Positions 53,900-64,000 of a DNA stretch of 64,000 nucleotides are shown here, one piece after another; position 1 is the stretch's first letter, and each line of letters opens with the position of its first letter. A program made the translations under genes and the position numbers. Source of the DNA: Lama glama (Eukaryota); assembly GCA_028534125.1 (NCBI GenBank), contig CM052845.1:23746001-23810000 (forward strand). The letters run 5' to 3'. Below the pieces are notes generated by a model that did not search any database, had not been told where the DNA came from, and saw only the letters and a program-made list of their open reading frames with translations.

Positions 53900-54925
53900 A
53901 TTGTCCAGCGTCACTGACATTTGATACAGGACTGTGTGCGTTTTAGGTGCACAACATGACGACCTGACACACATACACATTCTGAACTGATTACCACGGT
54001 AAGGTGAGAGAACACCTCCTTCACCTTGCACTGTTAGTTTTTTGCACATGCTGAGAGTATTTACGACCCACACGCTTAGTGACTTCCCAGTAAGGGACGC
54101 CCAGCACGCCGGGGCCCAGTGCTCGTTCCCGCCGCAGCTGGAACCTGGTGCCCCTCGAACATTTCCTCAGTCCCGTGTCCCCACCCCCAGCGACCACCAT
54201 CATACTCTCTCTGAGTTTTCCTTTTCTTACAATTACGCATTAAATGAGATCATATGTGTTTGTCTTTCTCCATTTGACTGACTTCACTTACCATAATGTC
54301 CTCAAGGTCCAACCACGTTGTCAGAGTTCCCTTCTTTTACAGCTGAGTAATACTTCATCCTGTACACCCAGCCGTCTGGCAGCGGAAGTGCAAGCGGTCT
54401 CCGTATCTCAGCTATTGTGAATAAGGCTGCACCACGTCACATCCAGCAGGGCGCGAGGGCTCCCTTCCCTCCACGGCCTCGCCAGCTCTCGTTACGGTTC
54501 GTCCTTCTGATGACAGTCATTCCAGTGGGAGTGAGGTGACACCGCACTGTGGCTGCCATTTTGTCCCACTGAGGATTAGTGATCTGACATCTTTCAAGTT
54601 ACCTGTTGGCTATTTACATTCTTCTTTGGAAAATGCCTATTCTGGTTCTCTGCCCATTTCAAAAATAGGATTATTTGTTTTTTGTTAATGAATTGTGTGA
54701 GTTCCTTAAATATTTAACCTCTTGCTGAACATGTGGTTTGGAGGTATTTTCTCCTGCAAAATATGTCGCCTTTTATTTTGTTAGTTCCCTTTGTTCCACA
54801 GAAGCTTTTTAGTCCAATGTAGTCCCACTTGTTGACTTGCTTTTGTTGCCTGTACCTCTGGTGTCACACCCAGAATCACTGTTAAGACCACATCAGGCAG
54901 GCCTTCCTCTGTCTGCTTCCAGGAG
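53900..54925 (-). mobile_element. L1MA-like 3' fragment, antisense
   Basis: tttgactgacttcacttaccataatgtcctcaaggtccaaccacgttgtc, ttcttctttggaaaatgcctatt, cagaagctttttagtccaatgtagtcccacttgtt. Confidence 0.85.
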
Positions 54926-56719
54926 GCATAAACCCTCCTCTCTGCAGACACAGCACCGCAGACAACGCCTCTGCAGCGTCTGCCCTCAGCAAGAGTTCTG
55001 TCCACGCTGACATCTCCTTCTGCTAATTAAAGTGGGAATAATCTATATTTCTTAATAAAATTAGCACCCTGTGGAAATGACCCAAAGGATCCTTTTAGAA
55101 TATAAATTAGGAAAGGTGTGAGCAGATTATTACTGAAAAATATTAGGAACTAGAAGAAAGCTTTTCATTGAAAATAAAAGTGAAAGGTCTGGGGCCAGTG
55201 CTCTAAAAGCTACTTTGCAGAACCCTCATCATCTCCATCCTCCTCACCATCACCGCTATGGTGCTATTTCCTGGGTGCCCAGTGTGAGGCTGACCTATGT
55301 TTCACTGACTGTCATCTGCTCTGAAAACAAAGATTACACGAGAGGACAATTTGAGACAACAGAGGCACATCTGGCACCCTGTTACATGAAGCATTTTAAA
55401 GACCGCTTTGCCCTGGTAGGTGATAGACACTTTGAGGGTCAGGAGGAGGAAAGAAACGCCTCTTTGGCCCCACTGGTGTCGACATTTAAGTCGTGTAAAT
55501 GAAAGCACAGTCATTAATTACACTTTGCTGCGGAGAGTTATTGAGTTTGGTTTTCCCTTCCCGTCCCTGTGCTCAGAGCACCTGGAGGTCTGTCCGTCCA
55601 TCACTGCCCAGCAGCCCCTGCCCTCGGGGGATGTTGAGTGCACCTGTGTGTCTGCAATTGCAGCTGTGACTCCAGCCTCAGTCATCACATGCATCCCGTG
55701 TTCCTGGGCAGGGCCACTGCCTCAAGGGAAGGCAGGCAACTAAAATTAATACCGAGTACATTTCAAACCTTTTATTTAAATTTTGGTGAAAAAAGTATTC
55801 TCTTTCCTCTGCCCAGGCACTGGAGGGTTACCCCAGCGGATGCCAGCAGCCACCTGTGACCCCAGGCGGAGAGAGACCGTGAAGGGCTTCCTCCGTCCCC
55901 GGCAGCAGAGCTGACGGCGGATCAGAGGCGCTCCTTCCAAGAGCCCGTGACCCCCGCACCTCTGAGTCACCAGCTTAACGGGGCTGTTTTTTATTCCTTG
56001 AAATCAAAAGCCTGCTAATGGATGCCAACAGCGAACAATTCCAGATCTCCCTGCCTGATGTAACTGCCACCGAGCGCCTTCTCACTGCCGTACACGTTTT
56101 AAAATATCGCAGAAAACATAAAAATTATGTGCGGGTCCAGAGAGAAATGCCTGGAAAGCAGCTGTCCGGCGAGAACGGGGACTGGCGTAAGCTCCACCCT
56201 CCGCAAGCTGCCAGGGCCTGAGTCCGCTGGCCTCGACGTGAGAAGACGAACGTTCCCCTCGGAAAGAGCACTACGCACAGCCGCGCTGCCCTGTCTACCT
56301 CCGTCTCCAGCAGGAAACCCGAGTGTGCGTTCGGCAGGCACTTCCGTTCCAACTCTGCTGAAAGGGACGCTTCCGGCACAGAGAGTTCCTCCCACCGCCC
56401 ATTTCACAGAAATCAACCCAGACCGGCCCGTGCTGGGGGTGGGGCCCCGGTGGGGCCCCTCCCCTCCTCCTCCTGGTCCCAGGTCTCTGCTGAAGGCACA
56501 CAGCGCCCCGAGGGCTGCTGGCGATAGGAAACGGCAACCCCTCCGGCTTCCTCGCACCTCCTTGGAGAGAAAACCTGCGGACGTGGAGGACGGCTGTTTC
56601 GAGCAAAACGCGGCCAAGTGGTTTTCACGATCTGGGCCGCTAAGCAAATGGACCACCCTGAGTGGCTCCACGCAGCGCTTCCTGAACAAAAGGTTCTCGT
56701 CAGGGCAGTGAAGCGGAGT

Positions 56720-57360
56720 GCCACCGCACGTCGCCGGTGCTGCCTCGTGGCGCTGGCGCTGCTGGTGGGCTAGTCTCCCTCCGCCCTGACGGGACTGAGC
56801 CGTCGGAAACACGCGACAGGCGCTGCACAAGGCGACACTTCCTTCCTGGCCGACCTGTGCGCTGGGAGCCCCTGGTGGAGAACCAGTGAGCCCCCCCCCC
56901 CCCCGTGGGCCAGGAGCCAGGAGCCAGCGCAGGCCCCTCAGCCTCCCGTCCTCTTCACCCACCCGGAAGCCCACCTTCCCGGCATCGCCGTCCGACCTCC
57001 CGCGCTGGCCTCCCTCAGGCCGCGGTGCTGTCCCCCCACCGGGCCCGGGACACGTCCCTCCCCGCGTCCGGAGCCGACCGCACCCCGCCCCGCGCTCCTC
57101 TTCACTGCGCGGGGCAGGCCGCTCTCCCACTCGCATCAGAGCCGCGGCTCAGCTCAAGGCCCGCGGGCTCCCGGGGCCTGGCCGCCGTGCTCCGCCTCTG
57201 TCACGGCGACGCCGGGGCCCGCCGGCCGCTCTGCCTTCTCACGTCTCGCGAGACGAGCAAAGTGCTCGTGTGTCTGGTTTACAATTTCAGCCCAAAACCT
57301 CGCAGGGGGCCCGGCGCCCAGGCAACGCTCCCTCCTCACTGCACAGATGGCGTCGCCCGA
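56720..57360. promoter_or_regulatory. Intergenic CpG-rich patch
   Basis: GC/CpG-dense by inspection; no recognisable protein. Confidence 0.45.
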
Positions 57361-57404
57361 GAGTCACTGCATAGAACCACCTGCACTGCTTCCGTTTTTT
57401 AATT

Positions 57405-57520
57405 TAAAAACCAGTAGTGCCTCCTCTGGTCAGAGCCCTGTGCTAGGTTCTGGGGACACAGAGACAGAAGAGGGCGTCCACATCGTGAGGTTTACATCGT
57501 GCTGGGGAAACAGATGGAAT
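57405..57520 (-). mobile_element. L2 3' remnant
   Basis: gtgcctcctctggtcagagccctgtgctaggttctggggacacagag; similar L2-like bits near 7190 and 42150. Confidence 0.45.
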
Positions 57521-60500
57521 CAGAAAACGACGCAGTTATTGTGTGTGTGTGTGTGGGGGGGGGTCTGTTACTTGAAATAAAAAAGATCCCTAACTGACAA
57601 AACAGCAGCCAATTCAAAGCGCCCCTGCTCATCTAATCGGGACGCGGGGCCTCGTCCTCAGCGCTCACTTTCTCCCGGGTCGGTTTCTCCCCGGGCGCCT
57701 TGCCTCACCCTTAGCGACACCGGCGGGTCCCCGAATCTGCTCTCCCTTCCCGTCTTCTTCGATTTCCTTTCTCCTTAGTCAGCCGCCCCCTCCCAGGCAG
57801 CAGCCCTTCACAATAAGCCTTCCCTGTTCTGCACACTCTGTGCCGGTGTCTTCAGGCTTGACCCTCACGCATCAGTACTAAACTTTCATCAAGGCCAGAC
57901 CACACAGGCCCATTTTCTGTCATCCTGCCCACTGGACCCCAAACTTATGAAAGCACTATACGAATAAACACGTGCAAATTGAGTGAAAATCAATCAGAAG
58001 CCAAGAAACGACGGTTCTAGCTGCTTCCCTGGGAGGAGAATAGAAGGAAGAGCCTCAGCGGTTTTACCAAACACACGGAAGGGGTAAGGCACGGATACGG
58101 AACAGCTCTGAGCTGTCCAGCAGACTGAAAGACTCAAGCTCTTCTGAGTCCAAACACTTATGCCGGGGTCCCCGACTCCTCAGACACCAGGGATGGGGTG
58201 TGCCGAGCTGGGGTTCACATCGCCCCGCGTCCTACATGGGCACCGCTGAGCTGGGGGCCGGCCTGGCCAAGGTGAGGGGGGCTCTGGGGCCGCTGCAGGC
58301 CCCAGGCGGTCCGGGGCTGCGAGGACTCTCGTGGCTGTGCTCTCCCCAGAGGGGGCAAGGACGTGACCGCAAGGCAGCCTCTCTCCTTAAAGAAAGGGGA
58401 ACCGCGGGGCTGCTCACCCGGGAGGAGGAAGGACACGCCTGCACTCCCAGGTGGCAGTCCTCATGGTGTGAAGGACTCTCCAGGGGGGAGGGACCACTGA
58501 GGTCAGGCTGGAGGTCACAGGGTTCGGGTGAGAGGGGGCAGTGAAGAAAAGCAACGCAGACCGAGGACACTTCGTGGGGAGAATCACCACGGCTTTCGGA
58601 GTGACTGATCTTGCAGGCTGAGGGAGAAGGGGGCGCTCAGAGGCCAGTGCCAGCCCGGCCGGGACGGCGGGGCTCCGGCAGCCACCCTGGCACCTGGGCC
58701 GCCCGCCAGCACCGTTCCGCAAGGGTGGGCGTGATGGGCGTGCGCGTGTGCATGTGTGTATGTGCGTGTGCGTGCGGGTGGCCAGGGACTGACGGTGCAG
58801 ACAGAAGGTCCAGGGGGCTGCTCACCTCCTGGCCTCTATCGGGGGCTGGCTCGGGCCAGGTTGTGCAAACTGCTCAGGTCATAAACGTGCAGCATAAACT
58901 TCTCTCTGCAGACGACACTCAATGAAAAGTTTAAATAGAGAAACAGACTCTCATAGGAAAGCAAGCGTCTGCGGCACTCACGGACGTAAAAATGCCCGAC
59001 CCGCCCAGAACGAGAGAAACACACAGCGTGGCACAGTGAGTGAACACTGCCCCCTGCGCATGACGGGAAGGGAGCAGGAGGGCGGAGTGCTGGGCCCCCT
59101 ACGCTTGGCCAGGGACAGGCTAGAAACGCCTTTACCCACGAATCACTGTATCTTCACTTACAGCTGTAACCGTGTATGTTTGAATGTCCTATTAAAACAC
59201 ATTACTGCATTAGTTGTATTGATAGCAAAACCTCAGAAATGACCACACGCTCCTCAGTGGGGGGCAGGTGGTAGCCGAGGGGGAGTCCAGGCCCCGAACT
59301 GCAGCAGCTCGGTTTGAACTGGCAAGAACGTCCTCAAGGTGCATGTTAGGAGGGAACTGCAAGACGTGGGTGGCTGTGTGTGGACACCTACTGCCGGAGT
59401 GACAACTGGACATGTAATTTCCCTGAAGAGACTAGAAGGAGCACTGGGCATCTCCAAAAGGGCGTGGGGTTAGCACAGTGGTGAGCTGGGGAGCAGGGCG
59501 AGGCCGGGGAACCCCACGTTTCACATAATCTAACACAACACTGGCTTTAAGGTGAGCCACTAAACAGGAAAACCAGACAAGGACAGTGTGACTTATAGCA
59601 TCGTCCATCTCTGGTTATAAGACACAGCCCCATATCTCAGCAGTAGGCACGGTAAAATGTGCAAAAAGCACACTGGAGACTCTATGAAATTCTATGCTTT
59701 CCACTTTCTACCCTTTTTGTCTTTTGAGTTTAATGTTACCTGTTCAAAATGGCCTACTAAAATCAGCTATGTCTTACTGTTTACAGTTTGACTACGTTTA
59801 AAATGTAATGACATTACATTTAATGAGTTAAAAGTGTGCTGTCCACGGGGCACGGGCCGCAGCACAGTCAGGTCGCAGAACGAGGACTCAGAGGAAAACA
59901 GAACTCAAGCTCAAAGCACTGACGCTGCAGAGGAGAACCGGCTGCGGTGTTCAGCACTGCCAGCCGCGGCCCAGCCTGGCCTGGGGTGGCCCCCCAAAAC
60001 GAGAGTAGGGAAGCATTCTCAAACGTCATAGAGACCTGTGAGCGTCTGTATTTCAAGAACCTAATTCTGGTAAAAATACTTCAAAAATAAAGAACGAAAT
60101 ACTACTCATTTCCCTAAAGCGAAACGTGCCAAAATACAGGAAAGAAATGCTTCTAACTATGCCATGTGACTCTACAGATCTTGGAGTTCATTTGTGTAAA
60201 CCTGCGGAACAACTGGGGCTGCCCTCTCTGGTCTGGAATGATGATTGTAACAGTAATATTTACGGGGCATTTATGTGTGTCAGGAGCTACTTAAGCTGCT
60301 CACACCTATTAACTGATGATTAAGGATCCTTGGTGTGTAAATAAACCACGTCTCTGTTCATCTTCTTGCAAAGCTACACTCTAGCTAGCTCATTAAAAAT
60401 AAGTGAAAACTTCTAGGCCTGAAGTGGAAATCCAGCTCGCAATTCTAGCTCAGTGGATTAAATGACACTGCATAGAAGTCACTGCCTTCAGAACGGCGTT

Positions 60501-62199
60501 CCGCTGGTCAAGTGGAGACGTTCCATTATTCATTAGCTGACCTTCTTATTTCATGGCGCACTAATTGGCTGTACAATTTAATTATGCACAAAACTCTAAT
60601 TGATGATATTAAGGGTGCCCACCGGCTCCATCAATCAGAAGGAACAAATTGCGTTATTACAGGTTTTGCTACGTTGCACGCCAAATACAGAAGCACGTTT
60701 CACATGCTGTGTGCCTCTGGGAGCAGAGACAATCAGGATCTCAGAACTACCGGATGAATTACACACGAAGGTCCAGACCCGCGCTGGCCACTCCGCTCGC
60801 CGGCCGTCCTTCCCAGTGGAGCCCGCCTGCGAGAGCCCACCAGGCCTGACGCTTTCGCTGTGCTTTAGGAAACATTAAACCCTCAGGAGACTTTGTTTTG
60901 TTTCTCTGATCCGTGTGCACAGCCAGCTCTCAGAATCCAGGGGAAGGAAATCTGAGTTTCAGGAAATACGTGAATTCTTCATAGCCATTAAGATGTCACT
61001 GCATTACTTTTTTATAATTTTATTTTTAATTTGGTTTTTATTTTTGGTAGAATTATACTTATCCATAATTTGAAGAGTCAATAACTTTTACGAGGTACAG
61101 CAGGCCCTGGACAGGTGGCCACATTCAGTTCTTCTAATTAATTTTTCGGTATTTACCTCTAAAGCGTAAATATTAACCTTTAATTGCTACTTATTAACTT
61201 TCATTCGTGACAGTGTTCACGTCACTGAATGTGGAAGGCGGGGATTTAGCTCATTCTCCTCCGTCCCTCCCGCACCCGCATGTCCCACCTCCTTCTCTCA
61301 GTCTCCGTCACAGTTTGTTTAGACCGGTGCTAACTCTCACGTTACTATGACAACGCAAATGCTATTCACAGCCGAGCCACCTTCATCACAAGACTCCTTT
61401 TCATTTCCTGCACACCACCACTGCTTTCACAATTTCTGTAAGGTTAATAAACAAAAGCCTCAACTAACCAGAGCTGAGGGGCCAGAAGGGGAGGCCCTGT
61501 ACCCTGAGGCTGGCAGAGCCCAGCGGCAGCAGGAGGCTTCACCAGGCTTCACTCCGCCCCTATCAGCCTCCGACTTCCCTTGCCCTTCAGGAACACTTCT
61601 TATTCCACTCACATGCACAGCCTAGCACCTGTTACCTGAGAGCTCGTCCCCTCACCACCTGCACCTGCTCTCTCCCCAGAGTCTGTCTCAACCCACACTT
61701 GGACCTTGGTCCTTCCCCAGACCCTTCCTGTCTGCTTTTTTCCACACGAGTTTCCTATTTCCTAAAAAAGTTGGCCCTCGAACAATTAAAGAACCTCAGG
61801 TGTCATATTCGGAAAGTCATTTTTTATTTCAGCGTGTGTTAATTTGTTGGTAGTAGTGACAGAGTTCACGTGAGAGTAACAGGACATTAAGAACCTTGAC
61901 AGGCTGATGCATAACATCACACGACTGTCAAAATTGGACCATGTTTGGTGGAAACTGTGCACCTGTGCATTTTTCTCAATGCAAATTCAGTATCTTTAAA
62001 TATTTTTCCTTCAAAATCCAGAAGACCTTGTTTTCTGTATAAACTACTGGAACTATGAACATTGTAACAACATGAGTGCTAACTGTATTAATTCTGCTTC
62101 GCGAGGTGACTTATTAAACTTTGTTTATTTGGGAAATTCATATATCGACAGCCTGGCGGTGGATAACATGCAGACCGTGCAAGACTGGCGGGTTTCGGC

Positions 62200-62450
62200 C
62201 TTGCTCTGTCAGTCACTGACGTTTGCATCCTCAGCTCTAAGCGCAGGTTTGTCTGGTTTTCCTTCCGGCTCTATCAGCTTTGCTCTGTGCTCTTTTGCCC
62301 TGCTGTCCAGTGTGTGTGCATTCAGGGCCGTTACATCCTCCTGGCAGATGCCCCTTTGATCATCATGTAATGTCCCACTGGTTTCTAATAATTTTCTTTG
62401 CTCTGAGATCTGTTAGCTCTGATATTATTACAGCCATTGCTTTTTTTCAA
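62200..62450 (-). mobile_element. Old L1 ORF2-region fragment, antisense
   Basis: cccctttgatcatcatgtaatgtccc...ctaataattttctttgctctgag...tctgatattattacagcca. Confidence 0.55.
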
Positions 62451-63416
62451 ACTTCAAAAGGGTTAATACCAAGGAAAAATAGATTAAAAGTCACAACAGA
62501 ATGCTCCAGAAAAATTAACCAAAGCAAATAAATAGTTTAGGAAATGTCTAATTAAGCAAATGCATAACGTATGAACCAGTTAATAGTCCAGAACACGCTT
62601 AATTGTCTATTTCAGTTTAAGACCAATTAGCTACGGATAATTTAACAATAGTTGTTGTCTTATGTAAAATTTCAAGTTAGATGTAAAAATACTGTCATTC
62701 CACTTTGTCAGTGACTCTTCCTTGATTTAATACTGGTGCAAAATAAATGACGTCGCTCAATTTTCTAAATGCAGCTTTGACATTTTCTGATTTCAGTCAA
62801 TTGTTCGGGTCTGCTTGTTACGCATGCTAAATCCAAGGAGAGAGAAATCTTTCTACAGTAAATGCCAGGGCTCTTGGCACTCTATCAGCTAGATGTGCAG
62901 ACATCTGATAGCTTCCCTATGAATCTTTCATATTTTAAACTTCATGTTATATACTTTTTGGTACAGGAAAGTCATTTACACATGTAAATTACTTCTCTTT
63001 CATTCTGCACCCACAAAGGAGGCGCGGAAATGAAATACAGTAAGTACATTTAACTTTAACGCAACTGTAATCGATTGGCATCTCTGGTCTTCCTCACATG
63101 ATGGATCTCAAAACTCTACAGCAGAACAAAGTATCGATTTTAATGAGTATCACTTTGCCTTGAAGAATTATCATTAAACAAAAATATCTAACAGAGAAAT
63201 GGGATGCCATCAAATTCAGTAACAGTCAAATGTTGACAGTAGTAGAAATTTTTAAGTAAAGTTAAATCTTACAAACTTGACAGAAGAAACTGAAAACTGC
63301 CTTATGCATGTGCCTTCAACTACTGCCTCCCCGAGCATTTATCAGACAGAGATTTTAAATTACCTTTGGGTTTCCTTGACCAACAATGAGAGTTACCATT
63401 AAAAAAAAAAGTGTAA

Positions 63417-63571
63417 GGGGGAGGGTGTAGCGCAAGTGGTAGACTGCATGCTTAGCATGCACGAGGTTATGGGTTCAATCCCCAGTACCTCCTCTAAAAA
63501 TAAACCTAATTTCCTCCCCAAAACCAAAATAAAATAATTGAATAATACAATAATAAATAAAATATTTTTTT
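63417..63571 (+). mobile_element. tRNA-Ala(AGC)-derived SINE (camelid Vic-1 type) with 9-bp target-site duplication
   Basis: GGGGAGGGTGTAGCGCAAGTGGTAGACTGCATGCTTAGCATGCACGAGGTTATGGGTTCAATCCCCAGTACCTCC with A box, AGC anticodon loop and B box; AT-rich tail; AAAAGTGTA at 63407-63415 and 63572-63580. Confidence 0.85.
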
Positions 63572-63580
63572 AAAAGTGTA

Positions 63581-63600
63581 TGTGTGTGTGTGTGTGTGTG
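63581..63600. repeat. (TG)10 microsatellite abutting the SINE TSD
   Basis: Seen directly. Confidence 0.9.
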
Positions 63601-64000
63601 CGCACTTGAGTGTAAAGACTGACTCATTGCTGGCTGAGAAAGAATGAACTCCGTCTCCTTACGGCGATGTGAAGGTACTGAGACGAAAGTGCCGTGTGAC
63701 GCATGGGGAGGACCCTGCTTCAGTGTGGATTCTGTTGGCTATCTGCGACAAAATGAAGCATCACGAGTTTTGCTGTTACGTGAGTGATGGCCAAGTGTAG
63801 TGGGCACCTGTTGTGTTAACTTTTCCAACATATTTTATGCCTTTTTGTCCTCCCAATTTCACTGAGAACACGCCCGCCTCCAGGCCTGCGTTGGTCCCCA
63901 TGTCTCCAGCACCGAGCCCACGGCTCACAGAGGCAGGGCTGTAACCCAAACCGAAGCTGACCAGGACTTGTTCCACCACTTTTATACTAGCGAAGTGTGG

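Noticed and set aside
56099-57402. 345-aa minus-strand ORF and overlapping plus-strand ORFs
   Set aside because: GC-rich compositional ORFs with no recognisable protein features or splice structure.
61800-62050. Possible CR1/L3 or L2 fragment (aagaaccttgacaggctg)
   Set aside because: Too short and degenerate to assign without an HMM search.
63417-63492. Functional tRNA-Ala gene
   Set aside because: It has a SINE tail, a TSD and stem mismatches, and lacks an immediate oligo-T terminator, so it is a retroposed SINE.

Overview
This is mammalian genomic DNA, most likely from a camelid: it carries a tRNA-Ala(AGC)-derived Vic-1-type SINE and cetartiodactyl-type L1 3' ends. The window holds the 3' end of CSMD1 (CUB and Sushi multiple domains 1) on the + strand. 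There are 18 GT-AG coding exons from 5061 to the TAG at 45625-45627 (about exons 53-70 by counting back from the last exon of the human 70-exon model), giving 2666 coding nt or about 888 aa. They encode a run of 11 Sushi/CCP domains, a membrane-proximal stalk, one TM helix, and a cytoplasmic tail with NPMY and a C-terminal PDZ-type motif (CTVV). A roughly 3 kb 3'UTR follows (to about 48585), then about 15 kb of intergenic DNA with decayed L1/L2/MIR/LTR fragments. All exon phases chain in frame with no lesions. Apart from entries overlapping these exons, the ORF track is GC-rich noise. I see no novel gene system. The best leads are: (i) an in-frame stop fused to AATAAA just inside the intron before the TM exon, a possible secreted CSMD1; (ii) a 45-nt symmetric micro-exon starting AG|GTAAAG; (iii) an intragenic CpG island with an ATG in frame with the last four exons; (iv) signs of GC-biased gene conversion in both old repeats and the protein; (v) a tight Pumilio-element cluster in the 3'UTR; (vi) a G-rich minisatellite just past the poly(A) site. 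Repeat family names and human comparisons are from memory, not from a search.
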